A stretch of 62,652 bases of DNA, counting the filler, from Choristocarpus tenellus KU-1152 (taxonomy: Eukaryota; Protista; Phaeophyceae), in assembly GCA_964200185.2 (NCBI GenBank). It is 7 parts of 7 records of this genome, joined end to end, with 100 filler letters (N's around TTAATTAATTAA, not from the genome) between each part and the next. Parts side by side here need not be neighbours in the genome. Positions count along the whole stretch, not along the records: positions 39,023 to 56,617 come from CAXNAD020000656.1; positions 56,718 to 59,699 come from CAXNAD020023173.1; positions 59,800 to 62,652 come from CAXNAD020024186.1; 4 more parts are not named here. One strand, written 5' to 3'. The position numbers and the translations under genes are program-made. Within the stretch, counting starts at the first letter, position 1. Every line of letters starts with the position of its first letter. This document shows positions 52,378 through 62,652 of the stretch, in pieces. Under the pieces are notes generated by a model. That model saw only the letters and a list, made by a program, of their open reading frames with translations. It was not told the origin of the DNA and did not search any database.

Positions 52378-54924
52378 GTAATGCCTTGTTCTCAGTTTTC
52401 CGCATTGACTGATTCGAATATCCTTCAGAATCTGTTTTGTAACACTTCTCATTCTCTTGAAATGCCTACAACTAAACAAAAGTTGTCAATTGACAATATA
52501 CAATTCTAATATAGAAAAGAGAAAAGATTAACGTCAAATAAAGTCAAGGTCGTATTGTTGCCCCTTCCTGTGCTCTCTGTTTCACACATCTCAGGTATTA
52601 TAATGATATTTATACTACGGATAGAGTTATCATTGAGTGCTATTCCACGCTCGGAATACTACTTGTTCTCGTGGATGCTACAACTCCACAAACTGCCCTT
52701 GTTCATACCTCCTTCAGCTTGCACTGGACCTCACTGGTAACAGCCAGCCCCCCAGAGTAATCCGATGAAATGATCGTCTTACACCATCCACAGTAGATAA
52801 TTTGTGTTACCTGTCTTGGTCAGATAAGGACGGGAAGATGTTTGGGACTGGACTGTTAGACTCTGCAGACAATCTGGTACAAGAGTTAAGAGGGATACGG
52901 GGCATAGTTGATGTACATGTCCCAAGAAGGTTACATATTGTTAGTCTGGTCGAAAAGGAGGTATTATATTTCTTGTGGAATATTAACTGCCTTTCCAAGG
53001 GCCCAACACACAGGTTGAACAGAGTATACCAAAAGGAACGGTGAGTGATCAGCATATTCCACACAGTTCCATCTGATAAAGACCTAGAGAACAGGGCAAC
53101 CGTGCTGATAGTCCCACAGTTGTTAAAGGGAGTATATCATGTACTACATGACCCACTGTTGAAAAATAACTCATTGGCAGCTTGGGCCCTGCGTAAGAGT
53201 GTTGACTTACACCACAATCTCCTCAATTATCGGGTCCTATGTGATCAATGGAATACCTCTTCTGGGCTGACCTTGTGTTCTGCTGCCTGGGTTAACTTCC
53301 TGTAACACAAGCCTAGTAGGCATTTCAATGGCCATGCAAGGTGCCAAGAGTTAACTTCTTTTGCACCCTGACTGTTGACACTAAGGTGAAATGCTGGTGA
53401 GGAATATTGTCCAGAAAATTGATTCCAGCACAGAGTTCCACTCAGAAAAAACGAACAAGGATTTTGCTAGCTGAGCCCACGATTTTTCTTGCAAGATCAC
53501 TCATCTTCCCCTCCATTGTTGGATTCTACTATGGTAACATTATTTAGGCCAAGACAATGACACAATCTTGGTTGATCTTGAGGGAAAACATGAGGTCATG
53601 CCTTATACCTCGGATGTGTGCGGACGGCACTTGTCCAGCACCAATCCCGTGATGTAGTTGACAAGTAGGATGTGACCGTCTTCCATACCCAGCACCAGTC
53701 TACGCTCATAAGGAAGGGCAAAGCATGCACTGACAATGTCCGAACTAGTCGTTGTTCCACATGATGGGACCATTAAGAGGGTAGGGAATGGGATAGGTGA
53801 GGGTCGGAGTAGGATTAAGGATGGGAAATAAGGAATACTCGAACATAAAATTGGATAAGAATGGATGTAAATTGCTCTCTTTCTTCCTTTGTCAGAGTGT
53901 GGCTTAGGACGCACAATGTTCTCCAGTAAATGTTTTGTTTGACATCAACTACCTGGAACGAACTGTGCCCAGTCAAACTCTTTTAAATATTACCTCAAAA
54001 CAAACTCTAAAGTTCTTGATTAGTGAATGGTAGACAATGGCAGTGACTTGCCTGAGATTGATGTCCGCAAGTTTCTTGTTGTACTTGCCGGATGTTGCAT
54101 CCCATATATGAACTACCCGATGTAAGGCATTAAGAAATTGTGCTGAACTCATGTTGTATATTGTCGCTGTTGGCACGAAGAACTCCTGTGGATTTGGAAT
54201 GAACCCAAGGGCCCATGAGTGTATGGAAACGATCAAGATGGAGGAGAAACTACTCTGTGCCTTTGTCTTTTCTAGGGCTGAAGATTATTCAGATCGGTTT
54301 CCCAATCAAAGCCATTGTTAGGAAGATGACAAGGGATAGGGACAAGTTGTATATAAATATACATTAGGAAAATATACAAATCTCAGCAGCCCTTGGACTG
54401 AACCACGAGTAGGGTTTTGATTATGAGATTATAGTGGCACTCATTTGATCATGTACAGAACTTGCATCTATATTTTGAGATTTATGGCATGAAGTGCCTG
54501 GACCTATGTAAGTGTATGTGGATATTTTGTCAAAAATTGTACCTAGTGGTGACCTAGTGTGGATGAAACAGCACCATAATGGAAGCACTTTGAAGATTAA
54601 GATATGACAGGTAAGGTGATATGAGGGCGTTATTTCAGAGCACCACACTCATCTTCTCCTTTCAGGCACCAAAACACATCAGATGTGCCCCCAGATCATG
54701 AGGTTTGCAATTTATCATCACTGACCTTCTTTTTCTTGTGGGCAGAGAAAGAACAAACATTTTCACCTGCCACCAAGATGTTGGAATACCTTCACCAGGT
54801 AAAATGGCAGGAGTAGCACATAGAGCAAAGATCACATCAGTGTGGGGGTAAGGAGTACATTTGTAACATGTCCTGATTGTGGTTATGTGCAATCTTAGCA
54901 TGAACGAATGGAAGCATGTAAGCA

Positions 54925-55169
54925 GAGTCAAAGTATCTTAGAGGGTAGAGCTGCATCCATTTGGGGGCTCAAATCTGATGTAATTTTGGCTATTGCGTTT
55001 GTCAGGAAGTGTCATTATCCTTGTTCCGGACACACGTTCTCATGACATACGCATTTTACCTACTCTGAAACATTTCGGAGTAGGTAAAATGTAATAAAAA
55101 ACCTGTGGGAAGCCAAGTCCCAAATGGACAAACAGGGCAAAACTCCTAACCTCTAAGATACTTTCACTT
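54925..55169 (+). mobile_element. MITE, ~260-bp subfamily with a small deletion, 4-bp TSD AGCA
   Basis: agca|gagtcaaagtatcttagagg ... cctctaagatactttcactt|agca. Confidence 0.93.
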
Positions 55170-56569
55170 AGCAATGCCGCAAACAATCACTCGAACCTAA
55201 CAACACTCACAAAGACTTGTCAATTTCTCACTGACAGGAACAAAATATCAAGGTAGAGGACAAAATGACTACGCACCCCTTCACTGAGAGCTGAGCTTCA
55301 AAAGGGAGATATATATGGGTCAGAGGGTGGATTGGGTTCCTCTTAATGAGCTGAAAAGTCATCAAGCATGGTATTGTGTTGCCGCCGGAGATGCAGCCAC
55401 TCAGATCCCACACTCGCATCTCGTAGTAGAGGTCTGCTGATATCCCCTTCATATCTTCACAATTTGTTGGGCAAACCATCTGGGAGAAAAGGAGAACGAA
55501 GGGGCTAGGGTATATCAGTGAAGTTGATAATAAACTTAATCTGAACAAGGTTTTCAAATGTTTGGTATATTGCAATGTTTCACCTGCTCACACATTACCT
55601 CTTACGTGTAAAATGTAAGATTGTAGTAGTTCTCACTAGAAGTAAGGTGCGGATTGTTGAAAGTATCGTCAGACACCCCCACTCTTCCCTTCTATCTGTA
55701 GTTCAACAATCTTTTTCTGTCAAACAATGTCCAGTGGATGGTTGACCCAGAATGTAATTTCTTACATAAATATAGGCTGGCAGAGCCCTTGATGCCTGTA
55801 TTGTTGAAATTGGAACACAATTGGCAACTCCGTATGTCCAAGTTTATACACTTACCCTACCAATACACAGGTACTTACAGGTATAATATATATAGTACAA
55901 AGGTACATCTAAGTTTCTACTTGCACCCCCCAGCACAGTCCCCCCTGATATAGCCTTTCTCTGGTGGGCACAACGCTAACCCTCTGTTGCCTAGGCACAT
56001 AGACCACCCCACGCACAGCCCCCCGTTGGGACCATGTTCCCCTGGCACAGCCCCACTCCCCTGTTACCTAGGCACACAGCCCTCCCCTGTCCCTCTTGTG
56101 GCACTGCTGGAGCACTTTAGCTGGAGCCTTTCCTCTTCCCCTATCATAATCAGCATTGCCACATGGAAGTATGTGTTCCATGTCAGTGGAGTAGTGCACA
56201 CAACACTGTAGAGAAGGCGGAGCCCTCCCTATTGTTCTTAGCCAATTTGATCGCCAAACTGCAATGCAACCTTTTGCACCCTTTGTGAGTGAGATGGATG
56301 CAAAACCAACATCATTCCTTATCCTCGTTCTGGATGTTCCATAGAAGTAGCTCATTCTGATCTCGTCATGATGTTGTTGCTGTCATATAATCGATACTAT
56401 TCAACATCAACGCTCACAAATTTCTGACAAACGGACAAAAGAGTTCCTATCTCCTTTGTTGTTCACATGACAAAACGTCTAATGCAGTGATGTGCTACTA
56501 GAATGCTAAGGGACGTGTCACCCTTAAACGAAGGTGCCTGTACAGTATGTGGGAGGTACCCAGTGTTCT

Positions 56570-56617
56570 GAGCCAAAGTATCTTAGAAGGTAGAGCCGTG
56601 TCCATTTGGGGGCCAAA
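56570..56617 (+). mobile_element. MITE, left end only (contig edge)
   Basis: gagccaaagtatcttagaaggtagagccgtgtccatttgggggccaaa, then the gap. Confidence 0.88.
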
Positions 56618-56717
56618 NNNNNNNNNNNNNNNNNNNNNNNNNNNNNNNNNNNNNNNNNNNNTTAATTAATTAANNNNNNNNNNNNNNNNNNNNNNNNNNN
56701 NNNNNNNNNNNNNNNNN
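56618..56717. other. Artificial contig linker
   Basis: N44-TTAATTAATTAA-N44. Confidence 0.99.
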
Positions 56718-59053
56718 TACTTTGAAGAGGGGTGGGGGGGGGGGGGGGTACAGAGTCCACGGAATTAAGTCGGTAGGTAGGCCGCCATGCTACTGTAGTA
56801 CCCTTTGAGGTCAAAATTGTTAATTAGGGCTAGGGCTAGTTGACCTACAGAGGGTGCATATTTTCACCTTCAGAGTACCCTTGTTTTGTCAAAATTAGAG
56901 GTTAGGGTTAGGGTTGGGGTTAGGTGAACTGAAAAGGAGTATTTAAACAATATGCAGCACCCTTTCTTAGTTGAGGTGAAACGTTTGGGTGACAGTACAC
57001 CCTAACCCTATCCATGACAAGAAGTGATTTATTTTTTTTTGGTATGAAAATCCGTGCGCAATGGAGATGTGGATGTGGAGACAGGAGGCGTTTTCTTTGT
57101 GTTGTTTTGTTTTGTTTTTTGTTTGAGTTGCAAGAATCGGTTTCAGGAGCAGGCTGGAGCGATGAAAAATAACTGAGAGGGGTGGGGGGGGGTCAATGGG
57201 TGCACACAATGAGCATGGCAGTGTATAGGTGCATGAGAAACTCCTACTCCTGGTGCTCAAGTTGTGTGTTCTGATTGAGTGAACCATCTAAGAAGGGGTT
57301 CGATTTCAGCTCTTTTGAGTTCAAGGCCCTTCTGTATGTTGCACTGTATTTATAGATTTTTTTTATTTGTGGGAGGGGGGGGGGGATGACAGCAGTTACA
57401 GTGAACTGTCAAAACCCTTGTCCTGGAGGAGATAGAATGATAGCTGCGCCATCTTGATTGCTACGTATTATTATTATTATTGTTTTTTTTGTTATCAGTG
57501 GTTATTATTATTATTTTTAGTAGTAGTAGTAACAGTAGTAGTGATAGTAGTGGTAGTGTGAATAGACAATTTTTTTGAATGAGTAGTGAGTACCTTGAAG
57601 TATACTACTTAAGTAGAACGTTGTACTTCAACTATTGCCTATTAGTTGGTCATACAGAGTGCAAGATCGGTCTAGTATTGTTCCAAATATCATTCTGTGC
57701 TATTGCGGGTGGTTGAATTAACCCAAATGTAGCCTTAAACTAGATACACTGCACAACTATGCTGCCGTTAGTTTTGCTGTTGTTGTTGGTATTATCAATG
57801 ATATATTGTTGGTATTATCAATGTTATTGTCGTTGAAGACCGTATGCCATACCAAGACTAGTTACAAGTCCCAGTTATAGTGATGAGTGCCTCCTCACAA
57901 ATAATGTAATAATATAATATAATAAAATAATAATAATAATGATAATATTGTCATCAACAGGTTTTCATTTGTCGTTCCCCTGTTTGATTGGTTGATTTTG
58001 GCTCTGTTCCCTACAAACAGAAAAAAAAAACATGCATTTTTTTGGACGGCTTCGGTTAATCATCGGAAATTTCTGAAACATTCGAGGGTTCATTCCTAAA
58101 CAAGTTTTTTTTTTTCCGTGTTGCTGCCATCGTGTCTAAAAATCGTTACATCTTCTATGGAACAGAATATTAATAATAAAATAATATTAATAATAATAAT
58201 AATAATATTAATAATAGTGATAATAAAAATGATAACGATTGAACGAAAGTATGAGAGAGAGAGAATGGGTTTTTTTTTAAAGGCTTCTGAGCCGTAAATC
58301 CGATCAGAATCATTTCCTTCCGATGAACAGAATATATATTGACCGCACAACGCAGAAAAAAAAATAGGTGAAAAAAGATAAAGAAGTTCGAGACACAGTA
58401 GTCTCCGTAAAATTCCCGGAGTGTGCCGTGAAATTTCTCAGCGATGAAACCATTGAACTCACAGAGGATGCCAATTGTGAAAGAAGCAAGACTTGTGAAC
58501 ATGCATTGCTTGGGAATGATCCTTTCTGATGGATTGTTAACAGTGACGGTTGACTGTTGCTCCCACGGCATCGTTGGCAATTTTTGTTCATCGATAATTT
58601 TTATTTCAGCATCTTGAGTTGAAGGAAGTAATTCAACAAAAAAAAAAGTCTTATCTCTGTTATTATTTTTTTTTTGGAAGAGGTGTGACCTTTTGGTAAG
58701 GATAGTACATTGATTGGCGAGAGAGATTTTTTTCGTTCAACAAATGACAATGGGATCCTGATCAAATCCATCAAGATGATTGGTTGATTGCACACTTTCT
58801 CACACACACACATATATCACACACATATATCACACACATATATCACACACATAATCCCACAAGAAGAAAAATATGTGGTCGGAGTTAGTTCTCTATGCTA
58901 AAGTTAACAATGGGAATGGTTGGGGTGGGAGGAAATATACTTCGTTGAGAGGAGAAATACTTATTTTCTGCAAAATTTTGCAGTCTTATTGATCTAATTG
59001 GTCTAATTGATGGTTGATGGTTGATGGTTCTACACTCTGCAGTGGACCCCAGA

Positions 59054-59323
59054 TTTAATGTGGTAATAAATGGTAATGAAGGATTCAATGTAGTTGTAAA
59101 TGGTAATGAAGGATTCAATGTAGTAGTAAATGGTAATGAAGGATTCAATTTAGTTGTAAATGGTAATGAAGGATTCAATGTAGTAGTAAATGGTACTGAA
59201 GGATTCAATGTAGTAGTAAATGGTAATGAAGGATTCAATTTAGTTGTAAATGGTAATGAAGGATTCAAAGTAGTAGTAAATGGTACTGAAGGATTCATTG
59301 CAGTAGTAAATGGTAATGAAGGG
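59054..59323. repeat. 30-bp minisatellite, 9 copies (ttcaatgtagtagtaaatggtaatgaagga)
   Basis: Contiguous units without spacers; translates as (FNVVVNGNEG)9 on + and (NPSLPFTTTL)n on -. Confidence 0.95.
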
Positions 59324-59699
59324 AACTTTAATCAGTGCTGTACTTCTTGGCACAATGGGTACCTTTTTTTTATGTATCTTTTTTTGTCATAGGAGTGCAG
59401 CCATGTTCTCGCACCCAAATAAATTCCCCCACCCCCCACCCCCCCCGCCCAGAAATTTGGTACCTAAGTTTCCCCCGTGCTCCCAACACCAGTTGGGTTA
59501 GGGTTTCACCACCTTGTTCGTGCGGAAGCATCTCATCACATCATCATGGTGGTCCTAATCCCGGCACAGGTAGAAAAGTAACAATTACCATCATTCAAAT
59601 TGTTTTTGTTGATTATTATTATTATTATTATTATTATTATCCTGTGTGCGACCATTCCTTTTTTTGTTTTTTAGAAATGGAACCCTACTTTGGAGCCCC

Positions 59700-59799
59700 N
59701 NNNNNNNNNNNNNNNNNNNNNNNNNNNNNNNNNNNNNNNNNNNTTAATTAATTAANNNNNNNNNNNNNNNNNNNNNNNNNNNNNNNNNNNNNNNNNNNN
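59700..59799. other. Artificial contig linker
   Basis: N44-TTAATTAATTAA-N44. Confidence 0.99.
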
Positions 59800-60072
59800 C
59801 TCTCTCTATCCTAATCGCCCTATCTCCTTCCTTTGGACCTTCCCCTTGTTCACCCTGCCCCCCCCCCCCTGCTATCCTTCTCAACTAACCCCGTTTCTGG
59901 TGCAACCCCAACAGTTGTACCAGCCGCCAAAATTTAATTTTCCCTGCCCCCCCCCTACCTTACCTCTGTACCTTCTTGATCTTCACCTACCTTGCCGGGC
60001 TATTAGATATCATTTCCCTCTAGTTTCTGTATGATACCTGTATCCTCAAGTTTGCAGTCCCACTCCTAGTCG

Positions 60073-60286
60073 GGGATCAACCCATTGTTCCAACATTGTT
60101 CATGCACCCTCCTCCACGTTGCCTTGCGTAATCTGGTAGGGCTAGTCTGGATGGGTTGCGTAAGGGCTAGGACATGTAGCGGTCATGTATTAGATAGTCT
60201 AGATCAGTCTTGGTACCCCAATTCTCGGCTTGTCACACGTTCCTAGTACTGCTGATATTAGACTCCCTCTTAGATTTTTATTTTTA

Positions 60287-60319
<33 letters not shown>

Positions 60320-60791
60320 GTCTGCTGTACTTCATGCTTTTACAAGGTTTCTGCTGGTTTGATTAGGAGTTACATAAGCCTATCCTCCTACCCCCCCTCA
60401 ACACTACCACTGTTGATATCATCACATTTGATTGGAGTATTTAATCCACAACAGACCACTAGCCTTTAATCTTAGACAAAAAAAAGGAAAAAGGGGGGTA
60501 TCCATCATCCGACCAAGGCATACCGTTAAAGCGACTGTCCTTGGTGGATACATCTCAAAGTCTCTTGCCTATTCCCCCCCCCCCCCGCACGTCCCTCAAC
60601 CCCTTCTCCCTTGAAAGGTTCTTGGAAATCCTCTCCCTCCAACGTCGTGTTACACCTGTAGTATACTCATGTCCACCTTCCGGCCCCTCGTCAGGGATCA
60701 ATCCATTGCTCACACATTGTTCATGCGCCCTCTTCATTATTGCCTTCCGTAATCTGGTAGGGACTAGTCTTGATGGGTTCCGTAAAGACTA
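60073..60791 (+). repeat. Two diverged ~100-bp direct copies (60073-60169, 60694-60791) of an unclassified repeat
   Basis: Shared 'gggatcaa.ccattg...ttgttcatgc.ccctc...tgcctt.cgtaatctggtaggg..ctagtct.gatgggtt.cgtaa'. Confidence 0.75.
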
Positions 60792-62652
60792 CAACGTGTT
60801 ACTGTGCATTATTGTCCTGGCTCCATCGTAGCTGTTTATGAGTTGACTTGGGTGTGAGATCTTCATAGTTACATTATGTATTTAGGATTAGCACAGTGTT
60901 TATTTGTTTATTTTTAGATGGTTCAGGGCTCACCTAAACAGATTACATCTCCCTAGACACTTCTATGTCAATAATTACACGTATATATATATATATATTT
61001 ATTTATTTTACTTATTTTTGAGGGGATAGTAGCACATTATTCCTATATGTTCCTTTCAAATCGTGTAGATATTCATGACATACCATTGTGTTCAGTTCAC
61101 CCCACTACCGTGACCTGAATCTCCCCCCCCCTCCCCCCCCCTCCCCCCCAGCCTTTTTATTGACTTGCAGTGATTATCCTACTGTTGGGCACTCTCCTTT
61201 TGTTTGTTACTTTCTTTCACTGTGGCAACTTGTTCCTAATTGTAAAGGAAAGAAAAATGCCTACAAAGGCTTCCTTTAACGGCCATACCCCCCCTATTTC
61301 TTTCTTAGGTGTAACCTCCCGTCTTTAACAGCAGCCTTTTATTCACACCATTATCCCATATATGTACAGAGGGTGTTGTAGGAGGTATAGTTATTCATTT
61401 CCCTACCCCCTTGTTTATATTCGTGTGCCCTTCTTTATTCGCATATTTCTGTTATATTCTCGTCCAGTCCATTTTTTTTCTAACTGTTGCATCTCATATA
61501 TATATATATATATATATTTCTTTTAACATACATCTACTGCCAATCCCCAAATCTTACTTTCGAGACGTTCAACCCACTTTAAATTCCACCTACTGCCTGT
61601 CCATCCAGGACTCTGCCATTATCTGTACTTAATCTCGTAGCTGTGACTCAACCTAGAATCTCCACCTACCCTGTGGCCTCATTCGGTACTCTGGAATCCT
61701 ATGTAGGTTTTCTTATTTTTCTGTTTTCTATGCCACGATATTTCCCAGTTTGTAGCTATAACCCATATAAATTCTATGGCTACTCATAATGACATAACCA
61801 CTGATTGACATGGAGCCTGTGCTTAGTAAACGTCCATCACTAACCTCTTAATTTCTACGCGTTATCCTTAAACGAAATGGGCCCCTGTACCTCATCCTCC
61901 AGTGAGCCCGCGCATTTGATTTTCTTTTTCTCTATTGGGTTAGGTTGAACGATGCAAGCAGCGGAAAAACAAATCCACGCGATCCCACCGATCGATACAG
62001 ACTTAGCATCAGTCCCGGCCCTATCGTTCGAGCGATATCTAAAAATGCACTTAATCCACGAGATTAGCGCAGGTACACTACTCCGCCCCCGATCCATTAA
62101 CTTTCACCTTTTTATCGTGGTCTCCATGGGCTAATCATATTTGTGGCACAACCGGCACACTCTACTCCTACTTTCCGTCACCCTCTTGAACTTGTACCTC
62201 TGGTAGGGCCCTCAACCCTTTCTTTCCCTTGTTTCACCCCACCATTACGTCGTGGTCCAACTTTCGTACTCTTCTTGTCCTATGGATTTTTCCCGATACC
62301 CCTTGTATTATGTCTGAATCTACCTACTTCACTACCCGTATTCCCTTTCTACCCTACACCTAGCCCGTTATTCATCGTCTCATTCATCAGCCCCCTTACC
62401 TTGTCGACCTTTTCTTACCATTTCCGTATCCGCTTCTCAAGCATCCCCGCCTCTCCCCTCGGACATTTCTCCCTTCCAGCTTTCGGAAAGATTGTTCTGG
62501 TTATGTCTTGATCCACCCCGAGAAGAAGCTTGCTCGGAGGTTGCCTTGGTCTTCCCTCCTCGTCTTATACCCCTGGTGTTCTTTGCCCTTCGAACTAATT
62601 GACTTGTTGTCCTCCTTCTACCTGCCACTCATTTCCATTAACCATCTCGTTC

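Larger units (their letters stand above)
39623..56360 (-). pseudogene. Multi-exon WD40-repeat + C-terminal EF-hand gene (WDR49/CFAP337-like), apparently disrupted
   Basis: WD40 exons: 'EMRVWDL', 'VVHIWDATSG', 'RRLVLGMEDGHILLVNY', 'LHVWGFQ', 'LGTDNGQIICW', 'WQAHIGPV', 'DGYQRSWSLSGEMLG'. EF-hands: 'FVDEDMSGCLDSEEW', 'LDK|DMSGSVEVGEL'. In-frame stops at 54651-54649, 53605-53603 and 49275-49273, plus apparent frameshifts. Confidence 0.65.

Noticed and set aside
40218-55169. MITE copies acting as introner elements (whole introns)
   Set aside because: In the copies checked, the ends do not coincide with splice sites; they lie inside larger introns.
59054-59323. Possible CRISPR array
   Set aside because: Units are contiguous with no unique spacers, there are no cas genes, and the context is eukaryotic.

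Overview
Eukaryotic, intron-rich genomic DNA, probably from a photosynthetic stramenopile such as a brown alga or close relative (inferred from gene style and TTAGGG tracts). The window is not one locus. It is 7 contigs joined by artificial 100-nt linkers (N44-TTAATTAATTAA-N44), so no synteny can be read across linkers. Contig 1 (1-13488): part of a VPS13D-like gene with two PDZ domains inserted; its 5.7-kb intron holds a dead DD39D-type mariner and a dead piggyBac-like transposase. Contig 2: Copia and probable Gypsy debris plus two methionyl-tRNA synthetase exons. Contig 3: 3' part of a gene ending in a DUF3427/SRA-like domain. Contig 4: DNAAF5/HEATR2 5' end head-to-head with a RING/TRAF-zinc-finger/coiled-coil/Tudor gene, then the 5' end of an RlmN-type methyltransferase. 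Contig 5: a WD40 + EF-hand gene that looks pseudogenised, invaded by about 9 copies of one MITE family and apparently interleaved with a second decayed gene on the opposite strand. Contigs 6-7: low-complexity DNA and a 30-bp minisatellite. Across the window, gene bodies look CpG-poor with CpG-rich islands at gene starts. All calls come from motif reading by eye; no searches were run.
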